Origin: Thalia democratica
Taxonomy: Eukaryota
Reading direction: 5' to 3'
DNA: 64,000 nt
Assembly: GCA_965202585.1 (NCBI GenBank)
Contig: OZ241826.1
Location: forward strand, 99,448,001-99,512,000
Below are positions 48,891 to 62,830 of this stretch, piece by piece. The translations under genes were made by a program, and so were the position numbers. Each line of letters opens with the position of its first letter. The first letter of the stretch is position 1. The notes under the pieces were generated by a model. It was not told the origin of the DNA. It saw only the letters and a program-made list of their open reading frames with translations, and ran no database searches.

Positions 48891-50644
48891 TTTAAAAAAA
48901 AGCGAACCTTAGATTAATTATTTTATATTTTAATTATGACGTTTTTTGTTTAAGTGTTTTAGAAGATTAGAGAGTTGAGGAAAATATTTTTTTTTTAAAT
49001 TTTAGATTTACTATATTTACAACATTTACATTTAAATAACTTTTTCTTTATGAGAATTTAGTTTTTTTTACCTTATCAATTATGCCTATTAAACTAAAAA
49101 TATATAAATTAACAAATATTTAACGCAGACAGTTTTTTTTTAATTGGTGCAGTACTCTAGAATTTGATTTAAGTAGACAAAGTTTATGCTTAAAAAATAT
49201 ATTAAAGTTCAAATATACTACTTAAACCTTTTTATATATTTAAAAGGTGAAACCTCACTTCTTTAAATCACCTAAGAAATTACTTTTTTTACATTTTTTC
49301 TTTATTTTTACCTAAAACCAGCCATTTTTGCAACTATTGTAATCGTTTTTTACTATTTTTTTTGTTACTTTCTATTAAAACTTTTTTATTTATTTTATAT
49401 CAAACTATAAAAGATATTTAAAATAACATAGATAGAAAAATTTCCAGGACATCTGAATCTCAACCCTTATCCATGTTTTAATTTAAAAACATTTTTATAG
49501 TACTATTAACACAGCTTTTCTTTTTGATAATTATTAAATTTTTGCACTATGAAGTTTGATAAAGTTTTATCAAATCTTTACAAAGCTATAATATTAAAAA
49601 GAGATGTAATTAATTTGGAGAATATTATACGTTCCTACTTTGTAACAATTACTAAAACATTCAAATAGTAGTAGGTAGATAAAAGTTTAGAGTGAGTTGA
49701 TAGAAAGAAAATAAACAAAAAAAATAACTTGATTAAATTAAAATCATTCTCTGTTTTTATTATTTTAAATTTACTTTCTATTGTAAATGATTTAAACTAA
49801 AAGCACAAGAAAGCTAAAGAAAAAAAAAGAAAACAAAATTAAATTCAGTTTTACACTCAAGTTGGTTTCATTTTTGAGTGACGTCATTTGGAACTCCTCA
49901 AGGATCCCCGCCCGTAGGGATTACTCTGTTTTGCAAAGAGTTACTTTCGCCCGAAGTCATTTTTGCACAACTGGTCACCTTTGCACGAGGTTAGAGTAAG
50001 GTGTTTGGTGAATTCTTACAAAAAGTAACTTTTGACCCTGGATGACTCAGAGACAGCGGACTTTAGGAAAAGTCATCAAAGCTGGACGTTATAGTAGCAA
50101 ATCTAGTTGGTGTTTTGATTAATTTAAGATCTGGTAGCATGCAAAAAGGAAAGTATGGAAAGTCCAAAAACGATTTTTGTTATGGTCGAGTTGCACACAA
50201 GGTTAACGAAATTCCCCTCTCAAACAATCCGTCACTGAGCCAAGAAAAACTGCTTTGAAATTAAAACTCCGAGAGCTCCATAAATTCTACAGTTGCCTTC
50301 AGTGGAATCCCTCCTATGACTTGTGATTGCGTTCTAACCCCTTTAGCCAGACGTTTCCTCTGCTGGAAAAAGCAAGCCATAAAAACACGGGAAATTCATT
50401 TGTTATAACTTCAGTCTATATTCGGTACATAATAGTAAATTTTGTTCCATAAAACACTAACTTTAATGTAAATCGTATAAACAACTTAAATTCTTATATG
50501 TCTTGAAATATATGAGAAACATTTTTAAGAATAAATTTGGTTAAACAACTTAATTTTGTTGTTTAGCTAAAGGTTAATAAAGTACTTTTAAACAATTAAA
50601 TAGTGTTTTACAACAAAAGTTATAGCAAATCTTCAATTTTTAAT

Positions 50645-50765
50645 TTATTTCTTGAACGACAAAAAACGCAATCAAAAAGTTAAATTCTAGGACCCGTTGT
50701 ACGAAAACCTTTTGTTATCAAGTCATACACTACCTGGATACAGTTTAACCTTTTGTCCAGTATAG
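50645..50765 (-). repeat. Short interspersed repeat (~125-130 bp family)
   Basis: Reverse complement ctggacaaaaggttaaactgtatcc...gtatgacttgataac...gggtcctag...cgttcaag aligns with 32096-32220. Confidence 0.65.
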
Positions 50766-53700
50766 CTTTGTTTTTCAAAAAACGTTATTTTGTACTATCT
50801 GTTTTAATATTTTTTTTAGCTTAGCTGAAACTTAAGATACTTTAAAATTAAGTAAAATTTATATTGTTGAAAAAGCTCTATACAGTACATGAATAACTTT
50901 TTTGTGCCTAGAGCATCAAAAGTTAAAATAAAGCTATATTTCAATACCTCATAAAACTACACTATCTGTATTTATGAAAAACTTTGTTAAAACAGTTTAA
51001 ATTCAGTAAAATAAATAAAAAAAGATCAAGAATGAATTATAAAAAGCTAATTACTGAAAAAATATTAAAAACCTGTGACTACAGCTTTTTATTTTTGCAT
51101 CTTAATTTTTAGTAAAGTAGGTTTTAGGTAAGTCAAATAGTCGTGGATTGGACTTTACTTGCCTACCAACAATAGACTTAAAAGGGAGGAGTCTCCGAAA
51201 AAGGGGGAAAAGCGGCAATGGAATTCGAAAAATTATTTGTTGTTTTGCTGACAAATTACTAAAACAAGATGAAAACAAGATGTTTTACAAAGTTTAATTG
51301 AATTGCATTTTTTCTATTTAAAACATATTGTTTTTTATCTTAAAGTTGTTCAGAGTTGTAAAAATTTTATTGCAACCATTTTTGCTTGTTTTATTGAAAA
51401 CTTACTCTTTTTTTTTTTGTTTAAAAGAAACTTTTTCAAAACTTTACAGAAATCTAAATACTTATTCTATATTAGCATTTTTATACTTCTTGTTTAAAAA
51501 AAGGTTAAGTTGCAATCAAATAACATATCATTATTTTTTGAACTAAAAGTTTTAAAGCTTTTTAATTTCATTATTTTAAAATTGTCTCTTTTACAAACAA
51601 ATAACCTTTAATTTTTTTTTAGAATGTTACTTATGAAGCATTTTATGCAAGATCTGGTTTTACTTTTTTGAAGCGTTTTGAGTTATTTAATTTTCAATAA
51701 AAGTTAAAATTGCCTTAAAAACACCCCTTGGTCAAAAAGCATTCAATTATTATAAGATTTTTAATAATTTTTGCTCTTTTGGGATGGAAACTTTGCCGAA
51801 TCATGTAAAAATGTTTAAATAATAGACCAATTGAATGTTTTAAAATAAATACAAAATTCTATCTGTTTACAAAATAGTATAACATATTAAGGTAAATAGT
51901 TTTTTTTACAATGGCTAAAACTAGTTTGCAAGTTTTTAGGTCTAAAACTGTCGAAAAACACTTAAAAACAACATATAATGATAACATAGTAAAAGTATTA
52001 ATTTCAATTTAAAACTTTAAGCTTGTGTATTCATTATGTTTTGTTTTATTCTATTAACATGTGAATTACTGTTTGAAATAAATTACTTAGAGTACAAAGC
52101 ATTTTTAAAAAGCTTACATAACTTAATTTTTTGCTTTTTTTTGTGTTCGTCGATGCGATTGCGATGAGATTAATTAATGACCGTATTAATGAAGTACAAC
52201 GCTATCTCGTTAATATGGTCATTTAACATGTTACACAAGGTTTTTTGTAATTGTGGCTGGACTAGCCTTTAGTCAGATAAAAACACAGCAGTGTTATTTT
52301 TAATTTCCTCTTTTATAAAATGCAATGCATACAATGAAGCATACACTAATTTTTGATTAATTTATTCTATTTTTACTTTTTAACGACACAAACTATTAAA
52401 AGAGAGAAAAATAAACGAAATTAACTTTTAGATAAGGTTTAAAGTAATTAAAAAAATACTTGTACACATTAAAACTATTATCGGAACTATTTTTGAAAAA
52501 AGACAAAATAAATTTCAACAGACATAATAACAACTTTAGGCACGTTATTTTTGCAATTTCGCTCGTTTTCATCATTTGTTGTCTTATAAATTTTTCAAAC
52601 AGGTATGTTGACCATTTCAAAAATTGGTTATTTACTTTAAGATTTTAAAAAACCTTGCAAACAGATAATAAAAACATTTTTTTTACTGACCGAGATAATC
52701 ATAAATTAAAACATTAAGTTTCAAAACTATGTGAGAACTACGACGTAATTATAAAAGCTTTGTTAAGGTATATAAATTAGACTTGTATTTTTAGCAAAAC
52801 ATTTAATTATAATTTAGATAAATATACTTCAAACTGAAACCGGCTGAATTAGGAATCTAATAGGCGAGAAAGCACTGTACTGTTACTACTTCATGATTCA
52901 TCTTTTTTAAGTTTGTAGTAAAATGATGAAAGTTAAGACATTTATCGTTTGCCAGTTAGCGTTATATTTATAAATTTGAGTAAAAATCCTACCCTGATAA
53001 TCATAATTTTTTACAAAAATTTAAAAGTAAATTACCCTAAGTAGATTCTCCATGTTTACAGAATTTCTTAAAAGTAAACATACAATAAATTTAAAAACCT
53101 TAGCCCAAACTGTTTAATTTTTTTTTGTGGTAGAAAAACATCAGAAGAACTCACTCTCCCCTCTGCAATTATAAATGTTATCTGAAGCTTAAGCGAGTGA
53201 GTAATAATTTTCATTTAAAATATAATCTAAGTTTTTGTTTTCATACCCAAAAAGTTGCATCAAAAAGTCATATTTTTTTTTTCCAAAAACTTTTCAAAAG
53301 TAAACTTTAATTTATGATGAAGAAAAGACATTAATATCAACTTATCTACTGCTATTGAAAGTAAGTTAAGATGAATTGTACCTTAGTTCAGGGTTTACAT
53401 AAGTTTTGAAAAACTATGCACAGTGTATAACTATGAAAATTTATGTGCACACCCTATTTTTAATAAAATATACTTAACTTATTAAAGTGGTTCTATGTGT
53501 AATAATATCATAGTTTTATAAAGATACTTTGAAATAAAATTTAGTGTTAATTGTTTAAAAAAAACCTAAGGTCTTCTAAAATGTTTGTTTAAATATCTGT
53601 TGTCCAACATTAGATTTTTTGTTACTGAGAAATTAATCAGGCAATGTATGTATATATTTTTAAAACAAACACTATTACCTACTCTACTCTCTCAAAAGTT

Positions 53701-54479
53701 TTATTATTGCATGTGTATGGTTCTGCATTACATGCTTACTAAACTTATGAAAAAACTGTTTTTAAAAATTCTATGTTAAAAGGTAAAAAAGTTGAGATTG
53801 AATAATAAAATTTGTGCATATTTTTGTGGAAACTTGTTATTTTACTTTATACATAGTAGAAAATAGTTGAAATTTCTTGACATTTTAATTGACAAACTTT
53901 AATTATTCTACAATAATAACTTCCACATCAAGTAATCAATTTAATGCATATATAAAAACTTCAATGTATGTCTTCTTAGCAACTGTTCTAAATGCAGTTA
54001 ACAAAATTTAAAAGTTTATCTTTATGGAAAAAAAAATATCAATAAAAGTTTAAAGAACTAACTGAAGAAATACTTATATCACAGTACAACTTAACACCTA
54101 AAAACTGATACAAAATAATCTAAATGTAAAAAGTTATATTTTTCAATGAGTTTGAGGTGTTCATACACAATCTATTTTAAATAACTTGAAACATAATTTT
54201 GATCTAAAAGTAATTTTACATTACCTAATAAAAAATAAATTGTGTAATGAAAATATCTCAATATTTACTTTTTTTTTAGGTAAGTAGTTTTTGAAATAAA
54301 AATAGTTATAATTTCATTTTCAAGTTTATTACAGTTTTCCTTACTCTTCCCCTTTCTAATAATTTTTTCATTGTTTCGAAATCAGATTGTTTGTTGGCAT
54401 CTGCAGTATATTTGCCATAGTCTTCATTCAAATATTTGAGTTGCTATGTTAGATTACTTTTTATTCTTCTAACTTGCTC

Positions 54480-57260
54480 AAAATATCACATTTTCTTGAA
54501 ACATCTTAAACAAAGCGCAGCTGTTCAAGATATGCCAAATATTGAGCCTTTAAAGAAGTTACAAATTTAAGTTTTAGACTGTTTGCATATAGATGATCTT
54601 TGATCATTCTTTGGGAACTCATAGTCATTTCTCCTGTATTAGTTAATGTTAAATCTTTATTTGAGCTTAAGTCCCGTTCAACACTTGAAGCACAAAGCTT
54701 CAAAGACTCTTGTTAATTTTTTATACTTGCTTTAGATGTCCAGTGTGTCCATATAAAAGCTGTCTGAACTGTGATTTTCATCAACAAGATTTTCAAAAAG
54801 TATTTGAGTGTTAGATGAATTTAAAAAATCAATATATAGATAAATGCTGTCATCACCCTCTTTTGCCTTAAGTATCTTCAAGCTGACGAGTTGTAAAGTT
54901 TCTGACACAACAGTATTTACCCATTCCAACTAGACATGCCGGATTTAAAGCAGCAGCCCTTTTTAAAACCTTCAAACCAACAGCCATTCTTATCTTGACT
55001 TTGTTAATTATAGCAAATATATAAAGTTTACATTCATTGTGAAATGACTTGAATAAAATGTTACAAACTTGACCTTGTTTTTGCAAATCTTGAATTTAAT
55101 TAGAAGCAGCACATCCTAACTCTACTTCTTTTTTTTTGTAAAAAATTTTATTTTGAAAATGTTCATTATTGAGTTTCCGTTTTTTCTTTTGTTTTGGCTT
55201 CCATGATTTAAGTAGTAAAAACAGGATTAATTAATGTGTACAGTAGACTACCGCTTAAGTACGCAAATTGTACCCGACCAAAAAGTGCGTATTTAGCACG
55301 GGTAGTGCGTACTTTTTGACAACATAGTACAATATGAAATTTAGTTTTTTTCTTTCTTACAATTAGCCACCAAATAATTAAGCCAAATAAACAAGTATTT
55401 TCATTTTAAATAAAATTTAATACATAATTCTAATCTGCAAAATTTTTTAATAGATTTTAAAATGATTTATTTTTTCTAATAAAAATTTCTACATAATTAA
55501 TACATACATTTAATATAGAAAGTCAATGTCAGTCAATGATACAAAAAAGAATATTAAACCATATATTCCATATTTTGTTTTGTTAGAGGGAAAGTATTAA
55601 ACTACATTGTGTTTACCAAACATATTCAAAACATCAATGTGTGTACATTTAAATTAAATTATGACAAAACATAAATTGATGATAAAACATAAACATAAAT
55701 AAAATTAAATTATGTTGTATTTGTAAGTATTTTTAACTTTGTCATCTAGATTTATTTATTTTATAGCATTACAGTTCAAATATCATTATTCTTTTCACTT
55801 TTCTGCAACCACTACACAAGTATTTAGTTTATTAACATTTAATAACAGGACGGTCACAATCTCAGGCCACTTAAACTACTCAGGATTACTCACCCTAGTT
55901 TAAAAGTTGTGAAAGTCTCAGGCTAACTCAGCAGGTTGGCCATTCTACCTGGAAACATAAAATAATCTGGATAATTTAGAAATTTTTTTTGTCTTCCTGG
56001 ATAAGTGCGTACTTAAGGCGAGGTACGTACCAAAAAAAGTGCGTACTTAAGCCGTAGTCTACTGTATAGTAAGTTCTGTACATCATCACACATTAAAGGA
56101 ATGCTTGGGCTATTTTCCTGATACTTTTTAAATATGGAATCAAAATTAAGGCAACAATACTCAAAAAAAAATTTTTCCAACTGTTAAAACATCATTATTT
56201 ATGGCATTGCTTATAGAAGTCTTTTCCTTGTGGCTGTTTGTAACCAGGCAGTTTTTTCCAGTATTGTACCATTTTTACCACATTAGGCTAAATAAAAATA
56301 GCTCTATCAGCAACCTGCTTTGATTCTAACCATCTTATGTCATGGTCCATCTGGTCTCATTTACATAATCATCTCTTTTGGAAGATGTGTCGTCAAACAA
56401 GCAATGGATATGTTTCAAAATTTTTTTCATTTCCTGTGGTTGGCTTCAACCCCGGATTTGAATGCACCATGAATGATATGCAAGCAACAGAACCCGATGT
56501 TTATAAGTTGAGGTAGACCTGTAGCCTCTCTATCAGTGTCAACTTTTTTTTTGCAAAAATGATATTTGCATTTGGTCTATCCATTTTAATTTGGATCATA
56601 CTTTTTGGGTTTTAGTCTTGAATCTTGGTCAATAGGGCTTTTTTAATTTATTGGCAGTACAGTGCCCTAAAAATGCTGAAGTAAAATATTGGCAGAGTAT
56701 TTTTTTTCTTCATGTATCCGTAGTACAAGATCTAATTGTGTTTTTTTATACCTTTTTAAAATACTCATCAAATGATACTGAATAAAATGATCAGCATAAA
56801 ACTGTTTATTTCAAAACATCTTTAAAAAAAAGGGCTATGCCAAAGTTTGTTATGCATGGATACTTGGTGCTATTCAAACAAAACTTTTTGCCAATTTCGC
56901 AGTCAGGAAATATGGTAGTAATAAGATGTTATTATTTTCACTAGATTTTCTGACCAGTTTTATTTAGAACACTTTAGAGTCCAATAAACTTCAGCAGCTA
57001 GAAGAAGCTGTAGCTGATAAACTTGTTAAACAATTAGCTCCACTATAGTATGAAGTGATTGCATTATTTTTGCACTTTCAACTTAAGATGTTTACTGATA
57101 CACTGTGAGACTTCAACACTCAAATACTTATGTTTAATAATGCAATTGCTTAATAATCACTAAACCACTTACGTTAAAATTTTTCTTTATCAACATTCTC
57201 TAGTAACCAATCCTTAAAACCTTCATGGTGCAGCCAACTCAAAAAAGAAAGGATTTAAAC
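54480..57260 (-). pseudogene. hAT-like transposase pseudogene, split by a MITE insertion
   Basis: Collinear fragments WLHHEGFKDWLL, FGIALFFKDVLK, SVSFDE...QLDLVLR, QIKMDRPN, IGFCCLHIIHGAFKSGVEA (CxxH), RWLE and ASSVERDLSSNKD...SQRMIKDHL. Confidence 0.8.
55241..56064. mobile_element. Tc1/mariner-pogo-type MITE nested in the hAT transposase
   Basis: TIRs cagtagactac(c/g)gcttaagtacgca, 25 bp with one mismatch; TA on both flanks; subterminal gtgcgtac repeats. Confidence 0.9.
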
Positions 57261-60200
57261 TGTTTTTTACCCATATTTAAAAAAATTCAAATGAAATCTG
57301 CAAATAAAACTGTAAAATATACTAAATGTTCACATTGAAAATTTATCACCATTTCAGCTACTTTTGTAATTAATTACAAACAGAAATTTAACCTCTAATG
57401 TAAAAGTAAGACAACACTAATCTATACTCATTTTATTTATTTTTATTGAAAACAAGTAGTTGTAAACAAATAAAAAATAAATTTATTTAAAATAAGGACT
57501 TATAGTACAAAATAATTTATTACATAAATAATTAAAAAAATATAAATAAAATAAAACTTTTCAATGCATAGTTAACCACAACTTTTATATCTCTAAACTG
57601 TTTGTTTTTGTTTAACTTTAGTCATGTTAAATATAAATTTAAAACTTGAAATAAAAAACTAAAATGTTAATTCTAAGAATTTTCAAGAACTAGTCCCAAG
57701 GCTAAAAAATTTCTAAATAAGCACTTAAAAACTAATAAAGTTGTTTATTTTCAATAAAAATATTGAAACTGGATTAAATAAATCGCATTCTAGATCTAGA
57801 AAAAAATTACCTTGTAAATTTTTTAGGAAATCTTAAAACTTCTTTAATTATTTTAGAAAAAATCAAAACTGCCCTGAGTTAGAAAAAAAATCGAATTTTC
57901 TTAAGTTTTCCTGAATTTCTTAAGTGTGTGCAAACCCTGTTTTAATTAGTAAACTGCTTGACTACAATATGAACGTAAACATTTAAGCAAAATCAAAATT
58001 TCTATAAATGATGAGCCATAAGTTCTCAGACTAATTAATAAAGGTTATTAAAAAAGTAGATGAAATTATTAAAATTTGTATTGTATAACCATGAAAAAGT
58101 TTAGGCTATATAATATACATATGATTTCCATCTTTTTAAGTAGAAGTATAATTATTTTATGAAATTATTGATTCAGGCATGCAACAGTTTCTGGTTTTTT
58201 AGCCCATTATTTGAAAAGAGTGTCTTGTTGTCAAAATCTAATCAACACTTTTATAAATAATAGACTGATTTTTTTATCAAATACCATGTAAAAACTATTT
58301 GACTAATAACAAGTAATGCAAGAAGCCACTAGGTTTACTTTACTCAAAAATCAACCAAAATTAAATTTTTACCAGGGTTAAGGTTTTTGATTATGCTTCT
58401 TTATGTTAGGAAAATGAAAGGTTAAGTAAGATGTTTTAAATGTATTTCTTCTTTCAAAAACTAGTACCAAAGTAATATTAATTAACTATATAAGCTACTT
58501 TATACTATTTAGGGCTTGTTAAAATTCTTTGTAATTTTTGAGATAAAAGCTGTAAAAGTTAGAGCTATGGGAGGCTCAAACTAAAAGAGCAAGAAATGAT
58601 TATTTAACTAGAAATCTATCAACTCCTTTAGTTTTTCAGCTATTATTTTAATACTTTCTTAAAAATTTTTTAATAAATTTTAAATAACTTGTGGAGTATA
58701 TTTTTTATAATTATTCTCATTTTTTTTTTAATAAAAAAAAAAACAAAAAAAACAAGTTTTTTTTATTTTAGTAAAATTTTTTTTTACAAAAATCTGATTA
58801 CTACAACTTGTTTGTTATACTGAAAGTTTGAATTAAGTTGCAATAAAAAAAAGGTGAAGATAGATTTTTTTGATGTCTTAAGGTTGTATCAGAATTGTTT
58901 TACAAAACTCATTATATTATAAAAATTAATATTTATTATCTATAAAAATTATTTTATAGTAAATTCTCAAGCTTTAAAATAAGAGCCAGTGTTAGTTTTT
59001 GAATAAAAAATGTTTGAACCCCCCTAAGTTTTTGCCCCTGTGCCCTTAAATGTAGGGATCCAAGTTGATATTTAGCATCTAAATAATAAATATTAGAAAT
59101 GACTGCATAGATTCAAGTGTAAATAATGTGCACACTATAAGTGTAGATTACTTAACCAGAGGTGACATCAGTGTGTGCACAACAATTTTAACAAAAAGTA
59201 TTCATAGTAACTCGTTTTGTAATAGGTTTATATAGCATGGTATACTCAAATTCTGACCTAAATCAATTACTATTCAAGTAAGTTACAACTGCACAATTCC
59301 CATCCAAATCAAATTCCACCCAAAACTTTTTTTTTACTTTGTTAATTTTTTTAATCAATATTTAACCTTTGTTGTTTGATTTATTTTTTTTACTTTATTT
59401 AAACTTTTTTATGTTACTTACTATTTTATACATTTTGAAAAATTTCAATCAATTCGGGTCGGAATAGTCGTGGATTCGAACTAATTGGTGAGTAGATATC
59501 TTGCTGTGCTGTTCCTGGTTTTAAAATTTAAAAAAAAAAATAATTTTTTTATATAATCTTTGTTATTTTCAATAGGTGTGAGGTATTGTCTCTTTCTTAT
59601 TGTCATATAAGGATGAAGTTTGATGTTTTTTTTGATTTGCTTGTTTCTGGGTACTGTAAATAAACTGATGAAAACCCAACTGTTATTCAGTCAACATCTT
59701 AAATGATGTCAGCTTTTTGGTAAAACTAAATTTTATGCTTATTATTTTAGATAATTATATGGGTGTATGTTATTTTGGATTTTATGACTACATTTTTGGT
59801 ATTCCTTAAAAAGGTTCTAACTCATGTTTAAAAGTCACAACATTTCTTTTTTTTGGGTTAGCTTATCTCAAAAGCTTGCCGTCTAAACTCTTTTTGAAAA
59901 CTTATTGAAAACTGTATGAGCTAAAAAAATGACTCTCAAGTTTTTAGCTTGAATTTGTTTTACTCGCGGTAAATACCAGAATTTTTTTTGTAAAATATAA
60001 GATGTTTAATGAAAGTTTTATTAAAACACTTTATTATTTGAATAACTGTATTTTACAAACAAAAACAATAATATTAAAGAAAATGGGAAAAAAGCCTTCC
60101 CTAAAACTTTTCAAACCACCTCAAATTTTGCTATTAAAATAGTTGTATTTTCTAACTTGTGTGGCTTTCAACTAATTGAAATCTAGCAGTTATGCACTGC

Positions 60201-60747
60201 ATCAACTTTAAAAATTATATGCCTTAATTTTTACTTGGCAGATCTGTCTTTTTTATAATAATGGTTTTAAGGGGTTTGTCTAAGTTAGTATTTATAATAG
60301 CTATTTGAGTTTTTTTTTTGCATACCAACAGTGGGCTTGAGTAATAGTCTGCAAAACCACCTTAAGCAGGTACACAAAACTCAGCATGACAAGAGAATAA
60401 ACTGTTTCCCTTTTCCAGAGAACTTGGATCAAATATTATCTGTATTAAAAAAAAATTGTTAGCAATTTTAAAATAGTTCTACTGGTTTAGAAAGTTTAGC
60501 TGTATATTGAGCATAAGTTATGCATAAAGTTTTACAATTCTAACATATGAATTTATTTATATGAAAATGCTTTAAAAATAGTGGTTTTTAAACCTATAAT
60601 TGAATGTTCAGTAAAACACTTTAGCAGATTAAAAAAAAATTTTAAGAAAAAAAAAATCAAAAAACAGCTATAATTTTTTCACAAGATATACCTTTCATCA
60701 TTTAATCTAGTTTAAACATTTTGAAACATTTACACTTTTTTAAAACT

Positions 60748-60793
60748 TTTATTGTATTTAATTGTTTTACTGCATAGCAGCTCATCAGGTTTG
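60748..60793 (-). ncRNA. Degenerate hammerhead-like motif (probably inactive)
   Basis: CTGATGA-gctgc-tat-gcagt-AAAAC: core 5' half and stem II intact, G12 replaced by A, stems I and III not recoverable. AATAAA lies ~10 nt downstream. Confidence 0.35.
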
Positions 60794-61409
60794 GTAGCTC
60801 AGCACAATTAAAACGTTTCAAAAACAAAACTTAACTAGGAGACATGTTACAAAAACATGCAAACAACAAAATATTATATAAGTCTGAAAACTGATGGTAA
60901 ACTAAAATTATGTCATAATTTAGTCCATGGGGGTTAAAATTTCTAAACAAAAACTTTTATTGCCTTGTATTTGAAAGCTTAAGTATATATTATAAAATAG
61001 TTTTATAATACTAAAAGTTCAATTAGTTGTTTTTCAAATTTTTAAAACTATGCTTAAAAAAACTTCTTCCTGTAATCAAACAACTTCAAATTTTCAGAAA
61101 ATGCACTATTTGACTCGTAATAAGCATGTTTTAAACAAAACAACAATGAAAAAAAGTTATCAAATAAAAAAAGTTATTAAATGAAAAAAAGTGTTTAATA
61201 CAAGTTATCATATTCTTTAAAGATTAATCTTAGATAGTTTTAAAACAATAAATCAAAACTTGCAAAAAGATATAGATCTTCAATTAAAATCTCTATTTTT
61301 GTCATTTTTGTTTCTAAGTTTCACAAGAAACCCATTGAACTCTTTAACTTTAATTGCTTATATCTAAAAACTAATGAAGGTGAATTTTCTATAATATTAC
61401 CCTCTGTAG

Positions 61410-61811
61410 CAGGGTTTTCTTAACTTTTTTTTCATAAGGCCCCTTTTAAAGACACTAAAAAAGCTATGGCCCCGATGACAAAATTTTTCTAATGCTAACT
61501 GTTATATACGCTTCAGAACTTTTTTTTACTCTTCATTATTATCTCTATAATTTCTAGTTTAAGTTTCGAATTATGGCCTTGTGACCCCTCTTTTACAGTT
61601 TTTATCCCAAAAGTTATCCCTCTATTATGATATTTTATCATAATATGCAGTATAAATTTTAAAACTGTCCTCAAATTTGCTAAGATTTTTTAAAACTGTT
61701 TGTCATCATTCTGAATATCTAGTCCTAGTGTTGTCCTTATGTTTTCCGTATAACCCCTTTACTACTCAAGCCCCAAGAAGGCGGCAGTATGGCCCACTTT
61801 TGGAAACCCTG
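61410..61811. mobile_element. hAT-type MITE
   Basis: Ends cagggtttt / gaaaccctg; 8-bp flanks ctctgtag and ctctacag match 6/8; internal ggccc motifs. Confidence 0.75.
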
Positions 61812-62426
61812 CTCTACAGTCTTTAAGGGATGTAAATTTTCCAATTAAACTATGTCTATATACTACAAAACTTAGCAACACTTTTTGTAACTACATTAAA
61901 TCTATAGTTAACTGATTCCTTTTGTACACTTTAAAATATATCTCACCTCTTCCTTTAAACCACTCTTTTTAAGAACAAATGTTCAGGCCTTTTGTGTTTG
62001 CAAATAATAAAAATATCTATTACTTAAAATACAATATATATACACTGCATGTTATTTTAACAAATATATCAAACTATCGTTTTAAAAGATAATTACCAAA
62101 AAAAAACATTTGTTAGCTATTGTAGCACAACACTTGTTACATAAAAACACTTGTAAAAATAAACAAATTAATGCAGTAAGAAAATTTTATTTACGGGAGA
62201 CTTTAAATCCAAGACTTTGTTTTGATGTTTGAATTTAAAAATAAACTTAACTATTAGAAAGACTTAAAACATGTAAGTTCATAAATTAATAATTTTGTAA
62301 TGCCCATAACCGGTCCCTATCAATTTTTGCAAGTTAGTCTAATTTTATGAAAATGTGATTTAGTTTTCTGGCTTTTTCTGATGATGAAAATAATCTAAAA
62401 TTTTATTTTAAATATTGTTTCTTTTA

Positions 62427-62830
62427 CAGTGTTGCCAAAAAACCTGGAATCTTGAAATTTGACAATTTTGCCTAAAAAACCTGGAATTTGAGAAATTTTG
62501 GAAGAAAAACCTAGAGTTTTGAACAAAGTCACTAAATTAACTGGAACTTTAGACAATTTTTAGTTGTTAAGTAGTTAAATTTCACTTAAGTACAAAAAAT
62601 TTGCCATATAGATAAAATGAATTTGTCATTATAGATTTTTTGGTTTATTTAAAAATGCACATTTAAAGTAGTTTACAGTAATTTTTTTAATGTTGTTATA
62701 CTATTTAACACATTTTTTTATCTTATACTTAGCTCAAAATTTGTAAAAAAAAAATTTGTACCTTTAAAAATCTTGAAGAAATGTAGAGAAACTATAGGAA
62801 TTTTCTCAAAAGAATTTGGCATATATACTA
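62427..62830. mobile_element. hAT-type MITE, same family as 15480-15809
   Basis: Starts cagtgttgcc; aaaacctggaat repeats; interior aligns with the 15.5-kb copy; right end degenerate. Confidence 0.6.

Larger units (their letters stand above)
53389..57939 (-). mobile_element. Decayed hAT-like DNA transposon (formerly autonomous)
   Basis: Candidate TIRs cagggtttaca / tgcaaaccctg. The 8-bp flanks ccttagtt and ttttaatt differ only by three transitions. Encloses transposase remnants. Confidence 0.6.

Noticed and set aside
52540-52602. Possible plus-strand exon (HVIFAISLVFIICCLINFSN, ag...gtatgt)
   Set aside because: Splice signals are plausible, but I could not link it to other exons; insufficient support.
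59665-59700. CTGATGA as a hammerhead core
   Set aside because: No GAAA partner or stem II.
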